From Eledone cirrhosa (taxonomy: Eukaryota): a stretch of 64,000 nucleotides of DNA. Made by a program: the position numbers and the translations under genes. Positions 49,790-62,900 of the stretch are shown here, one piece after another (positions within the stretch are counted from its first letter, which is position 1; each line of letters begins with the position of its first letter). The stretch is taken from assembly GCA_964016885.1 (NCBI GenBank), contig OZ024742.1, forward strand, positions 223,510,001 to 223,574,000, written 5' to 3'. Under the pieces are notes generated by a model that was given only the letters and a program-made list of their open reading frames with translations, ran no database searches and was not told where the DNA came from.

Positions 49790-52720
49790 TCATCATCATC
49801 ATCATCATCAACATCATTTAACGTCTATTTTCCACACTAGCATAGGTTAGACAGATTTTCCTATTTGAGGCAAGTCAGGTCAGGTGACCATCTCTTGCTC
49901 ATACAAAACTGTTCCTGGCTTGGTTTTTACAGCTGAATGCTCTTCCTAACCCCAACCACTTTTACAGTGTTGGCTGAGTGCTTTTTGTCATGGCACCTAC
50001 ACAACCACTTTACAGTGTTGGCTGAGTGCTTTTTGTCATGACACCTACACAACTACTTTACAGTGTTGGCTGAGTGCTTTTTGTCATGACACCTACACAA
50101 CCACTTTACAGTGTTGGCTGAGTGCTTTTTGTCATGACACCTACACAACCACTTTACAATGTGGGCTGGGTGCTTTTTGTCGTGACACCTACACAACCAC
50201 TTTACAATGTGGGCTGGGTGCTTTTTGTCGTGCTACCAACATGACCACTTTCCAGTGTGGGCTGGGTGAAATTTTTTGTCATGGCATCAAAATGACTACT
50301 TTATAGAGTGGACTGGACACTTTCGTGGGGGAGGTGTGTGGGGATTGGGGAGTTAGGTATAGGGACATGTGTGAGGAGCGGAGAGTTAGGACATGGGTGA
50401 GGGTGTCAGGATGTGGGAGGTGTATGGAAGGGAGATGGAGGCGAAGGTGGTGCATATTAGATGTATGCTTCAGCCTGTGCTCATGAAAAGGTGGGTCTTC
50501 TGTATTACTGCATAATGCTAGAGATCTGTCCTGTGTCATCGATTTTGAGATGTGCAATTATGCAAGGTCAGCTTTTTATCATCTCATCCCAAGTCTTCCT
50601 ACTCCATAGCTTCCAGCAACTTTGAGTGGTCTACATCATCATTTCATTTTACGTCCGCTTTTCCCTGCTTGCAAGGGTGGGACGGGAACTGATGCTGGCT
50701 TGATTTCTACAGCTGGATGCCCTTCCTAACACCAACCTCATTTACAGTGAGTGCTGGGTGCTTTTTTGCCATGGCACCTCCACGACCACTTTGCAGTGGA
50801 ATGATATGGACCCCAGTCCCTATCATCTCATTTCTACAGCTGAGTAAACTGGAGCAATGTGAAATAAAGTGTCTTGCTCAAGGAAACAACACATCACCCG
50901 GTCTGAGAATTGAACTCACAACCTTTCGATTGCAAGGCCAATGCTCTAACCACTAAGCCATGTGCCTCCATCTTTTTATATATTCGTCATCCTTCATAGG
51001 CATCACATGTCCATACCAATGCAATCTCCTCTCCTGCACACTACATCTGACCCCTCTTATGTCTAGTTTCTCTCTTAGTTCATTTATGATTTGCCATTCA
51101 TGTATATTACTATTACACATCCATCAGAGCAAGTAGGCTTCATTTCTTTCCAATCTTTGCAGGCTCTCTGTACACAGCGCCCATTTTGTCCATACACATG
51201 CATCATACAATTTATCCTTCATTTTGAGTGTAAAACCTTTTGTAGTTAGCAGCAGTAGTAGCTTCCAGAACTTTCTCCATTCTGTTCTTACTCTGGCTAC
51301 TGTACTTTTTGAATACCTTCCTCCACTGCTAATTTGGTCACTTAGGTAACAGAATCTGTTGACTATTTCTACAAGTCATCTGAAGGAGCTAGTATCCTAT
51401 GGGCTCTAGCTACTTACTGCACCTGTACATTGGCTGCACATAAAACTTTCGTTCTTTGATAGTCTGCCTGTGATCCCATTACATCTTTTGTGTATTTGGG
51501 ACATAGGATGGAATTTTTACCTTCTCCTTTCCTGCACACAATTTAACTTTAAGACCCTTTTGATTCTAGGCCATGCTTCCAGGTTTGGAATTTCTTAAAC
51601 TATTTTGTTATAGCCAGCAGGACAATAATAAACAGGAGAGAGCTAAGAACAGAGTCTTGTGGACACCTACCTGCACGCTAAATTCATTGTTAATTATAAC
51701 CTTGCTGACTCTTCCTCTATACATATGGCGTGTACAGCCTTCACAAGCCACTTATCTACTCCTAGTTTTTTAAGAGCCCATCAGATAATGGAATGAGTGA
51801 CTCTGTCAAAGGCTTTCTCCTGGTCAACAAAAGCTAAGTAGAGGGGTTTACTTTTAGCTAGGTACTTCTCATGCAGTTGTCTCATGAGTAACAGAGCATC
51901 TTGGCATAAACCCAAACTGTATTTCATCTAGATTAATTTGGTGCCTAATCAGCAGTACGATAACTCTTTATGTGACCTTCATGAACTGGTCAACCAACTT
52001 AATGCTTCTATAGTTTTCTCTGTCTAAAGCATCTCCTTTAGTCTTGTAGCAGTCGACAATGATGCTGCTACACCAATCATTGAGTATTTAGGAGATTAGT
52101 ATCGGTATACATATATGTATTATCAGAAATGACAATAAATGCCAGTGTGTTGTGACAAGGTTTTACTTCACAGAAGTCAAATGAATTAATATAAATAAAT
52201 GGTTACCCGTTGGTCACAACTCCTAGGCTGAAGTGTGTGGAGAAGAACAGAGATCTTCTCTTGGAGGTGTTAACATTTTCTTAAGCTGCCGGTGTCATTC
52301 TTCTTGAGTGGCAAAGGAAATGAGGCAGGAATTCTTCTTCTTGATGGCAAAGGAAATGAGACAGGAGTCATCTCATGACAAGGTCGCAGGTGTTGTTAAC
52401 ACTTTGGAATTCAGGAGGCGAGAGAGTGAGATCGCCCTGACCCATCCCTTTTATAGGGTCCCAGGGCGGAAGTGACAAAAAGGGTTCTGCCACCCCAACG
52501 GGAAGTAACTCCAGCTACTTCCTGTCTAGAGAGCGGTGATGTGATTGTCATAACAAGGGAGGCAACTCTTGCTACAAGTATGACACTGTTTTGTATTACT
52601 TGGTTTACAATATGGGTGGCCATGACATGACTCACCATCCCAGATGTTTTCAGCATCTTGGCAACAACTATCCCCAAAGGTCCAGCTGCTTTGCCTGTCT
52701 TCATATCTTTGATTGCCACT
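49790..52720 (-). mobile_element. Older degraded RTE LINE with a nested SINE (50635-50972) and a solo LTR
   Basis: Homologous to 45775-47710 with many indels. 42-bp repeats in the 3' UTR. Confidence 0.85.
52088..52576 (-). mobile_element. Solo LTR (~490 bp) with 5-bp TSD AGTAT
   Basis: Interrupts a colinear RTE sequence. Ends T(G)TAG...CTACA. TATAAAA on the minus strand at ~52450. Confidence 0.7.
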
Positions 52721-53089
52721 CAAAAAATATAAAGTAAAAAATAACCACATTCATCAGAACCATCCCCAAAATACACTCTCAAACATAACATTAACTAAAC
52801 CTACTCTAATTAAAAGTTACAGAGGCAACACACATCATCAGGCTGCAGTCATCTTATTATGTGGTTTATGTTTATATAGATATAGATAGATACTATTTTC
52901 TTTCTCTTTTATTGGATTCAGTCATTAGACTATGACAAGGTGGAGCACTACATTGATTTAGTCAATCATATCAATCCCAGTATCTATTTCTTTGAAGTCT
53001 GGTACTTATCTTATTGATCACTTTATTTTTTTACCTTCTAAGTCACGGAACACACACACACATAGACACAGAACAGAAAATATCTAAAA

Positions 53090-53400
53090 ATGTGTTTGTT
53101 AATTCAAATCTTTATAGCATCTTTACTAGTGGACAGATTGTTGTGAAAATGTGCAGTATTAGACTAAGGACATTAATTTTTAATGTGATGCATTCATTGT
53201 GCTGCTTTATACTTTTCTAGAATGTCTTATCAATACAATTTTATGTAGTTTGTTAATTCAAATGTTTACAGTATCTTTACTAGTGGACAGATTCTTGTGA
53301 AAATTTGCAGTATTATAGTTAAGACTTTAACTTTTAATGTGATGCAGTCATAGTGCTGTTTTATAGTTTTCTAGAATGTCTTGTTAGTACAATTTCATGT
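53090..53400. repeat. Tandem duplication, ~155-bp unit
   Basis: GTTTGTTAATTCAAAT...CTTTACTAGTGGACAGATT occurs twice. Confidence 0.85.
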
Positions 53401-53594
53401 GGTACAGGATGTTTAGAGCTAAATAATTAAACAGTTTCCTAGTACTCCAGCATGGTCACAACCTACTGACTAAAACCAGAAGAAGAGAATAAAAGAGAGC
53501 AGAAATGTAAAAGGATAACAGACAATAGACTTTTAACATAAAAAAATAGACAGGAGAAGTATTCCCTCTGTAGTTAGATTGGAATAAAATGATA

Positions 53595-53958
53595 TAATTG
53601 TTTCTCCTTTTGGCACAAGGCCAGCAATTACCTAGTGCATTACTGGTACTTTATTTTATCGACCCCGTAAGGATGAAAGGCAAAGTTAACCTCAGCGGGA
53701 TTTGAACTCAGATCATAAAGGGCCGTAACTCTTTGCTGCAAAGCATGGCGTCCGACCCTCTACCGATACTGCCAATATAATTGTTTGTACTTTTGGCACA
53801 AGGCCAGTAATTACCCAGTACATTACTGGTACTTTATTTTATCGACCCCGTAAGGATCAAAGGCAAAGTTAACCTTGGCAGGATTTGAACTCAGAATGGC
53901 AAGGGCTGTAACTCTATACGTCAAAGCATGGCGTCCGACCCTCTACCGATACTGCCAA
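53595..53958 (-). mobile_element. Two tandem Nin/Deu-domain SINEs
   Basis: Two family copies separated and flanked by ATATAAT. Confidence 0.85.
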
Positions 53959-55959
53959 TATAATCATAGATAGCATCTTGGAGCCAGTCAAAAAAATGAA
54001 TGATAGAATGAATGATGAATGAACAATTTCATACAATTGTTTACATACTTTGTTTGGGTGTAGAATCTAGAATCCTAGTAATACATATATTTCCACGATA
54101 TGTGGCTTAGTAATCATATCTCATTGTATACATACTGCAGACAAATTACATTGTAACTATTAAAGGAAATAAACTTTGTTTAGGGACACAACACTTATAG
54201 TAAAGGACGTGCGTCTACATGTGAGAACACAGATACCTAAATATGGAATGTTACGACATGCAGCAGAACATGTGTTAGTCGCAGTGGTTGGGGTGTTTAG
54301 CACCTGATTGTCAAGCCATCAATTTGATTCCTGTGTCCTTGAGCTAGACACTTTATTTTACATTGCTCCTGTTCACTCAGCTGAAAAAAGAAAAGGAGTT
54401 GTATCTGTAATTCATATGGCCAGCCTTGTTACATATTGTGTCATGCTAAATCTCCCTAAGAGCTACATCAAGGGTGTATATGTCTGTGGAATGTGGTCCA
54501 ACAAGTGTGTGCGTGTGTGCGTGTGTGCGTGATGTATTTGTTGTTGTGCATGGTGCTTTTATTGTTGTGGTGTATAGATGAGAGTCAATTTATCTTGAGA
54601 TTGTTGGGAAAAGCATGTTTTTGGCCCACCCTGATCTTTCTTTCTGCCGTCAACTTTTGGCAATATATTCCAATTCTCTGAGATATCAATTTTCATTTTT
54701 AGTCTGAAAAACTGGTGACATTTAATATTTTCGCTACCATATTTCTCATGAAAGACACTGCTTATGATTTCCAAATAATTTTTAAAATAATAAAAAATTT
54801 ACAACGATTTAGTAAAATAACTTTTTCATTATTAAACTGATATTTAGAACATAACTCAACACAAAGTTCTAAGATAACATTATGATGGAAGGGTTGTAGA
54901 TAAATAGAAAAATATAAACATTTTAAGATAAATATAAGTATTATTAGAAATATATAAACACTTTCAAAAAAACTTAAAGACTTTAAGACAAATATAAGCA
55001 CTTTAAAATAAATATAAACACTTTTAGATTAGTATAAACACTTTAATTTGTTGTCTGATTTAGCATCATCATCTGTCCCATAGAGTTCTTTAGGTTGAAA
55101 CACTTCCAACTCACTCATCTATCCTTTTCTCATCACTCATGATGTGCCCAGCCCCACCTTGGACCACACTAACCACTATGCCTAGTGATTCCTACCCTGA
55201 AGGACAACCCTCTGTAACTGCCAACCTCATCATGTCTTTTCTAAAGGAGTAAACTTGCTACAATCTCAACAGAATATCAACAGCATGATTCTCACAGGGC
55301 CTGTGAAGGACATGGCCATGGCTCCTCCCTCCAGACTTACCAACTAAAATAATATATATATAATTTGTAGATTCAGACTAATTTTCTTATGCATAACCTG
55401 CCTCCCATTGGCCTTCAATCTTTGAAATTTTATTTGTTATTTTTTCTCCCTTTTTTTTCTCTTTTTTTTCTCTTTTTTTTTTTACTTTGGTTTTTATTTT
55501 TTTAATTTTTTTATTTTTTCATTACTTGTCTCTCTAGCTCTTTTTGATTACCAACTGTAAGGAGTACTCGATACTTCTCCTCGTCTGTCATGGCTTACTA
55601 GCTCTATACGGACGTTTAAACTGAATAAATAAATAAATAAATAAATACTCTAGGTTGAGGATAACTCAGTTGAGTTAGGTTGCTTCCCATATCTGCAGCT
55701 ACAACCTATATCTGCATCTACAGGTAGGACATCCCCACATCCCACCTGTTGTGAAGGTTCTGTAAAGCTGATGAGCAGAGTTAGTCTCTCAATAGTGCCC
55801 TCAGCTAGCCCTACAATGTGTTCTCTTTCTCCCAGTTATGTGCCTCATACAGTTTAGTAAGCTGTCAAACCTAGGTTTTGCCACTTCTAGCACTGACCGT
55901 ATTATGAACATTACCAAGCCTCCATTTTCTACTATATAGTCCACACTCACCCATAATAA

Positions 55960-56095
55960 ATTATAATAATAATAATAATGAAATTATTGTGTACAGTGCT
56001 CAGGTGCACTACAACTCATCAAAGGTGCATGTATAGTACATAGAATAATGTACAAATGTCAGGAAAATGAACAGTGTATGAGTCATGATATAATA
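55960..56095 (-). mobile_element. Extra CR1 3' tip adjoining the tail of the full-length CR1
   Basis: Duplicate of 56105-56220 with its own (ATT)n tail. Confidence 0.75.
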
Positions 56096-56254
56096 ATAAT
56101 AACAATAATGAAATATTGTGTACAGTGCCCAGGTGCACCACAACTCATCAAAAAAGTGCATGTACAGTACATAGGGCAATGCACAAACATCAGTAAAATG
56201 AACAGTGCACGAGTCATGATACACACATGTGTGCATGTGTATGGAAGGGGTACA

Positions 56255-59076
56255 TCAGGTGTAGTTTTGGCGTATTTCGGGAAGCATGAGTGTCTTAAAG
56301 GATGCAGTGTCTCGGCAGCTAACAATTGACGCAGGCAGTTTGTTCCATGCTTCAGCAACTCTGAGCGTGAAAAAATGTCTACGAAAGTCATGGGAGCTGT
56401 GCTGTTTTCTGATCTTGTAGGCATGTCCACGTGTGTTAGACACATGGAGATCAAAGAGGTGCTCAGGGTTGCAATTGGCGAGATGGTTAAAAACTTTGTG
56501 GGTATTCACCAAGTCCATTGCCAGACGTCGGAGCTTCAATGAATTCATGCCCAGGGAAGCAAGGCGTTCAGAGTATGGTAGGTGTCTGATGGAGGGTATG
56601 CGCTTGGTTGCACGTCTCTGAACAGTTTCCAGGAGGTCAATGTTCTGAGCAAGATAGGGGTTCCAGACTGATGATGCGAATTCCAAGTGTGGTCGTACCA
56701 TAGCTGTATACAGTTTTAAATAGATGGCTGGAGAGCGGCTAACAAAGGTCTTGCTGGGTGATGCCAAGACACCCTCGGCCTTCTTGACAATCTTAGAGAC
56801 ATGCTTTGTCCAACGCAAATCGTTGCTGACAGTAATGCCCAGGTCACGTTCACAAGAGGACTTTTTGATATCAGTGTTGTGGAGGGAGTATGTGGACGCT
56901 GGATTTTTACTTCCAAAATGCATGGTGGTACACTTGTCCACAGCCAGCTTCAGTTGCCAGTCTGTGATCCATTGCTGCATTGTGTCCAGGTCTGATTGTA
57001 GGAAAGAGTTGTAAATTTCAGGATCAGTCCTTTTGATTTCAAGGTACAGCTTGATGTCATCTGCATATTTTAGTACTGTGGCATTCTATAAGTTGGCATC
57101 TATGTCATTAATATATGCCACAAACAAAAGAGGACCAAGAACAGATCCCTGTGGTACACCAGATGACATCTCATATGGTGAAGAATGCTGTCCTAGAACC
57201 GTGACTACTTCTTTTCGGCTGAGAATGAAGGATTTCAACCAGTCGAAAAGATCATCCTTCACACCCATTGCAGAGAGTTTTGCCATAAGTCTTTTGTGTG
57301 GTACAGAATTAAAAGCCTTAGCAAAGTCAAGGTAAACAACATCCACCCATGAGCCTCTGTCAGTGATCCGGGTGATGTCCTCAAGGAACTCGATAAGCTG
57401 ATCACAGCAGCTGGAGTTAGGGATAAATCCAAACTGTGAGGGCCGGATGAGGCTGTGAGAGCTCCAGAAGTTCCAAAGTGTTTCTCTGACACAGGATTCC
57501 ATCAGTTTGGCCATACAGCTAGTAAGACTGACTGGACGATAGTTGACAGGTGACATGCGGTTGCCCTTTTTGAACAGGGGAATGACACTGGCAGTTTTCC
57601 ACTGCTCCGGAGTAGCACCATTGTTGAGATAGTATTGAAAGAAGAAAGAAAGCTGGCGCAAAAGGAAATACCCGCCACGTTTGAGAAGCAGGTATGTCAC
57701 ACCATCAAGACCAGGGGAGGCATAGTTGTGCTTATTCTTAAGGTGACGTCGCAACATTGCAGGTGTAAATTCCATAGTTGTTATGGAATTTGATGTTAGA
57801 GATGGTGGAGATGGTACATTCTGGTTTTCAACAGTAAAAATACTTGCATAGCACTCAGCAATGAGTTCTGCGCATTCTTTTGGATCGTCAGTGATCTGGC
57901 TTGTGTGGGGATTGCGAAGAGGACCAACTGGAGAGTGAGGTCTCTGCTTTGAATGAACATATTTCCAGAACACCTTACTGTCAGGATTGGTTGCGATGCA
58001 CTGTTCAAATTCAAGCACTGCCTTCTTTGTCACTTGCTTGAGATGGTTAGAAGATTTATTCCGCTTTTTTCTGTTGGCATCTGATTTATGCAGTTTATAT
58101 TCCCGTTCAGAGTTCCGACGTTCTTTCCTGGCAAGTCGGACCGCTGAAGTTTCCCAGATTGCACTTTTGGGGTGGTCATTTTTCCGCTTCCGTGGCACTG
58201 ATGCTGCACACGCTATCCATATTGAGTCCAGGATGCTCTGGAGTATAGAGTTCACATCTCCAGAGTTATACATCTCATGCCAGTTTGGGCGCTGTAGCTC
58301 AGTGCAGTACAAGTTCCAATCCGCCCTCTTCCAATCAAAGCAAGCAGATTGGAGATGGCTCTGGTTTTTGTTGCTGCCCTCAAGTGCCAGATTGGCAATG
58401 ATCATAGCATGATCAGAGTTGCCTAGAGGTTCCTCAGTAGTACAACTGATAACCACTTCAGGAGTAGTGGTGAAGATCAGGTCCAACGTGTTGTCACCTC
58501 TTGTTGGAGAGGTGACTACTTGTGACCAGTTTGAGTCCAGCACTAGTTCAAGGAAATCGTTTGCACCTTGTGGCTAACGAAAGGTTTCCCAATCGATCTC
58601 AGGATGATTGAAGTCACCTGCAATAAACACATAAGTGGCTGTTTTCTTGGCAGCAACTCTGAGGATATCGCAAAGCTGTGTGTCCTGATGGTAGTTTGGG
58701 GGGCGATAAACAACACCAAGCAGAAGTGTTGACATGGTCATACGTATGTCACAGAAAAAAACTTCTTCCTGTGATTCATTCAAATCAACGCAAGGAATTA
58801 CCGAAAAGTTTGAACGAACGTAGACCATCACACCACCACCACGGCGGTTAATGCGGTCCCTGCGGAAAAGGTTGTACCCAGTAATGGTGAAAACCCCATC
58901 ACAGAGTAAGGAATGTGCCCATGTTTCCGTGACTGTGATGAAGTCAGGGTCGATGGTTCTGACGTAGGATTCGAACAGATGTATCTTGTTGCATAAACTG
59001 CGAGCATTTAAGGACAACAATTTGTACCCTGCTCGCAGTTTATGATGGTGTGTAGAGGGTGGCAGGTCGTTCTGGT
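56255..59076 (-). pseudogene. CR1 ORF2 (APE + RT) with frameshifts near 58570 and 57088
   Basis: LNARSL, VTETW, GGGV, YRPP, GDFNHPEIDW, YLDFAKAF, PQGSVLGP, YADD and TRGH motifs. Confidence 0.92.
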
Positions 59077-60387
59077 TTAGTTTCCCAGAGTTGTAGCAGT
59101 TTTTACATTGCCAGTTATTGTGGGTAGATCACACTCAGACCAGCTGGTATCTCTCTTCCACGTTTCACCAGCCTTGACAAACCTCCAGATCTGCCCATCA
59201 TCACGCAGACTAAAACTTTCATCTTGTGCTGAGTTCCAATTCAAGGAAGCTGCAGCACGTAGCTTTGGACGTACATGGGGTGGTAGGCCTGGGCGTGTTC
59301 GGAAGGTAATCCGATTTTCACGCCCAGCTTTAGCAGAGGCCAGATGATATGAGGTTGCCTCTGCGGGGTCCGAAAAAGACAGCCTGATGAGTCTGGGTTT
59401 TGGACCAGGTCGACCAAGGCGGAGAGCACCCTTTGGGGGAACACAGCCTAGGTCTTTGGCTGAGCTGGCAGCAAATGCCTGAAGATCAGCCTTGTCCTCT
59501 GGTACCCCAATGGCAATCACTTCATGGGTAGCAGATTCCGCAGTCTTTTCAGTCTTTTCAGCAAGAGGTACAGGGAGATTCTTTAGCAAGGCATTCCGAT
59601 AAGACCCCTCATTGTGGGGTCCTACCCGAATGCTTGCCTTTATTCCTGTAACTTCCCTTCTCAGAGCAGAAATCATTAGTTGCAGTTCCGCAAAATCTGT
59701 ACTGGTCGGTTGTTGTTGTTGTTGTTGTTGTTGCTGCTGCTGCTGTTGTTGTTGTTGGTGATGATGATGTTCCTCCACAGGAATGGCAGGGGAGGACACA
59801 GTCGCAGGTTGTTGTTGTTGTTGTTGGTGGTGATGATGATGTTCCTCCACGGGAATGGTAGGGGAAGACACAGTCACCAGTTGTTGGTGTCGAGATGTAC
59901 TGGGAGTGGAAGACATGGGTTGTTGTTGTTTCTGATGTTCTCCCACAGGAACAGCAGTAGAAGCCAGTGTCATAGGTTTTTGCCGTTGTTCAGTAACAAT
60001 GGTAGAGGAAGACACAGTCATTGGTTTTTGTTGTTGTTGTTGTTGTTGTTGTTGTTTTTCAATAACATTAGTGGAGGCAGGCACACAGGCCAGACACTGA
60101 AAGGACCAGGATTTTAGCTGGACCATCTCCCATATTCCATCCATCATAGCATTATGATGTCTCTTTTTGGGGCCTGGGATCCTCCGGAAGCCTGTGGCGC
60201 ATTGAAGGCAGACAGAGATGCGACAGGTTCCACATTCGACCCAGCGATTACGGAACGAGTTTTTGGGTTCCGCACAGATATGGCAGATGTGATTTTCTGG
60301 GCAATGTTCTATTTTGGGACATCGACCGGTTTTGTCGCATATTTCATCGATGGATATCACCATGGCAATTTTGTTATTTCTACCCAT
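59077..60387 (-). CDS. CR1 ORF1 protein: N-terminal PHD-like Cys finger, poly-Q/H repeat region, RRM-like C-terminus
   Basis: Open frame from ATG at 60387 (MGRNNK). CHIC..WVECGTCRISVCLQC..FQCLAC; LRLGRPGPKPRLIRLSF. Confidence 0.85.
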   Translation of the reverse strand: MGRNNKIAMVISIDEICDKTGRCPKIEHCPENHICHICAEPKNSFRNRWVECGTCRISVCLQCATGFRRIPGPKKRHHNAMMDGIWEMVQLKSWSFQCLACVPASTNVIEKQQQQQQQQQKPMTVSSSTIVTEQRQKPMTLASTAVPVGEHQKQQQPMSSTPSTSRHQQLVTVSSPTIPVEEHHHHHQQQQQQPATVSSPAIPVEEHHHHQQQQQQQQQQQQQQQQPTSTDFAELQLMISALRREVTGIKASIRVGPHNEGSYRNALLKNLPVPLAEKTEKTAESATHEVIAIGVPEDKADLQAFAASSAKDLGCVPPKGALRLGRPGPKPRLIRLSFSDPAEATSYHLASAKAGRENRITFRTRPGLPPHVRPKLRAAASLNWNSAQDESFSLRDDGQIWRFVKAGETWKRDTSWSECDLPTITGNVKTATTLGN

Positions 60388-61866
60388 CCGTAGAAAAACA
60401 CAGAATGTAAACAATATAGGTTTAGCGCACTTGGTTACGATAGAAATAAAATGTCTGTTTTTTTGTGTATTTTGTTTCCATTTTCCTAAATGTTGTGTGT
60501 GTGTAGAAGAGTCTGTGCATGTAAACAAATAAATATGCTGCGTAAGTTAAATGAAACGTACTGTAGAGGGCAGTTGTTTATTAACAGCGAAATAACGTTT
60601 TTTTTTTTTGTTTCTTTTTCCCCTGATACTGCTTCTTTATAATAAACTTTCAATAATATTTTTTTTTTTTCAAATTATTAACTTTCAGCTGCTAGTATAT
60701 ATATATAGTTAAAAGGTGTATGTGGGTTAGAAGCGAAGTCAATGTTAAGAAATATTTTACCAATGTAAATTGGTAAAATTGGCCGGTATAGTGTCTCACA
60801 CGAAATAGTGTGGTTTCTTTTCACGTGTGTGTATATGCATATGGTATGTATCTGTATATAAATCTGTGTGTATATTGTTGTTTATATGTTTTGTGGAGTA
60901 CTTACTGCGATCCTTAAGGAATGTAGTGATTTGTTTTGTTTTTTTCCTTTTTTCCCGTCCATGTCCACACGTGGTTTGTTGGCGAAAATCAAGTCAAATT
61001 ATATATACTTCGTTAAGATAATTCTATAGATAATTCTTATGTGGGGAGTCATAACACCATACGACTCTTACCACCACTTTGGATATTTCCACAACATTGC
61101 TATGCAGTAAAGATGTTTAGTGATTTAGTTACTGATTTTAGGAAATCATTATATATTTCAGTTTATATTACTAACTTTATTCAATGAAGTCCTGAAGGAT
61201 CAAAAGCAAAGATAGCCTTGGCAGGATTTGAACTCAGAATCATTTCATCATCATTTCATTTTACGTCCACTTTTCCCTGCTTGCAAGGGTGGGACGGGAA
61301 CTGATTGTGGCTTGATTTCTACAGCTGGATGCCCTTCCTAACACCAACCTCATTTACAGTGAGTGCTGGGTGCTTTTTTGCCGTGGCACCTCCACGACCA
61401 CTTTGCAGTGGAATGATAGGGACCCCAGTCCCTATCATCTCATTTCTACAGAATGTAAAAAAAAAAATAGAAAAAATACAAAAGGACATTTTGTCAGTTG
61501 ATTGAATTGTCCCTAGTATATAACTGTTGAAAACTGATCCTTTAGTAAAGTTCCTCTCTGAGGTACACCCTAGGTAGCTGCCTAGATGGCTTTAATAACA
61601 TCTAAGATATTTATCAATTTATTTTTTGACCATGGGTAATTATTGGTCTAGCATACAACATTTCTAGTGTTAATGTCATGCTAGAATGCATCCAGTCCAC
61701 TCTGTAAAATGTTAGTGCCGGTGTCCTGAAACATGCAGAATACACATTAAGGTAGTTAGCATCAGGAAAGGCATCCAGCCATAGAAACCATGCCAAATAT
61801 ATAACATAATGAGAAAGATTGGCCATACCAACCCATCTGCTGTTTGACTGTGACAACCCATTCAAT

Positions 61867-62653
61867 CAGAGGTGTAACAAAGGAAAATAGTACCTATGGC
61901 AAACATTGAAATTGCACCCCTGTCCATGCAGCAAGCTATGTAGTAGTTATTAGACAATGAGATTGAAAGCGCAGTTTAAATAAATGATGGTTTAGGGTAT
62001 TAACCCTTTAGCATTTACATTACTCTATATTTATATTTACTCTATATTACTCTATATATTATATTTTCACAGTAAAGGCTTTATCTTACATAGTTATCTC
62101 ACATAATATCAAATCTATGAGATTTTGATATTATTTAATTTGAGAACAATACCTCAACATAAGTATAAGCAGCCAGTTATGGCCGGTTTGAACAGAAAAA
62201 GGTGAGAGAATTCTGGCCTGATATGGGCGGTTTAAATGTTAAAGGGTTAAACTGCATTTTCATTTATTCTACAGGTATCTTTTAGGCTTAAGTCGACGTA
62301 AAGTATTGGAAAAAATGTTAGTGTATTTAAAGGGAGCAATCAGTGTAATACTGATCTTTGACAAATATTAAAATATTTGACAAGTCATACTATGAGGTAT
62401 GCCTCTGTGATCATGTAGTTCCAAGCCTATGGGCCTAATGATTTATATTAATGGTTTAATGATCCAGCAATTATAGTGTTTCTCACCCAAGATAATCAAA
62501 GACAGATCATACATCTGAAAAAGTTTCTTTTTTCACTCTCTTACGACAGCTTATCTGACTTTAATAGAAAGTGCTCCTAGTCCAGGTAGTACCCCCTTTT
62601 CACGTGGCGCCCATGGCATGGGCCATGGGCGCCATGCCCTAGATACGCCTCTG
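61867..62653. mobile_element. Non-autonomous hAT-like DNA transposon
   Basis: TIRs CAGAGGTGTAAC / GATACGCCTCTG. 8-bp TSD CATTCAAT/CATCCAAT. Splits an RTE 3' tail. Confidence 0.75.
62004..62246. mobile_element. piggyBac-type MITE nested in the hAT element
   Basis: TTAA|CCCTTTAGCATTTA...TAAATGTTAAAGGG|TTAA. Confidence 0.8.
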
Positions 62654-62712
62654 CATCCAATCCATGCCAGCATGGAAAGCAGATGTAAAAATGTTGCTGG
62701 TGATGATTATGA

Positions 62713-62900
62713 TTTGGCAATATCGGTAGAGGGTCGGACGCCATGCTTTCTAGCATAGTTACGTCCCTTTACATTCTGAGTTCAAATCCCGCCGAGGTTA
62801 ACTTTGCCTTTCATCCTTACGGGGTCGATAAAATAAAGTACCAGTAATGCACTGGGTAATTGCTGGCCTTGTGCCTAAAGTAGAAACAATTATTATTATT
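62713..62900 (+). mobile_element. Nin/Deu-domain tRNA SINE
   Basis: Family match with an (ATT)n tail. Confidence 0.85.

Larger units (their letters stand above)
56090..60540 (-). mobile_element. Full-length CR1-clade LINE
   Basis: ORF1, ORF2 (APE-RT), short 3' UTR and (ATT)n tail. The 5' boundary is approximate. Confidence 0.93.

Noticed and set aside
55765-55800. CTGATGA followed by a short stem, resembling a hammerhead
   Set aside because: No GAAA and no stem I or stem III.
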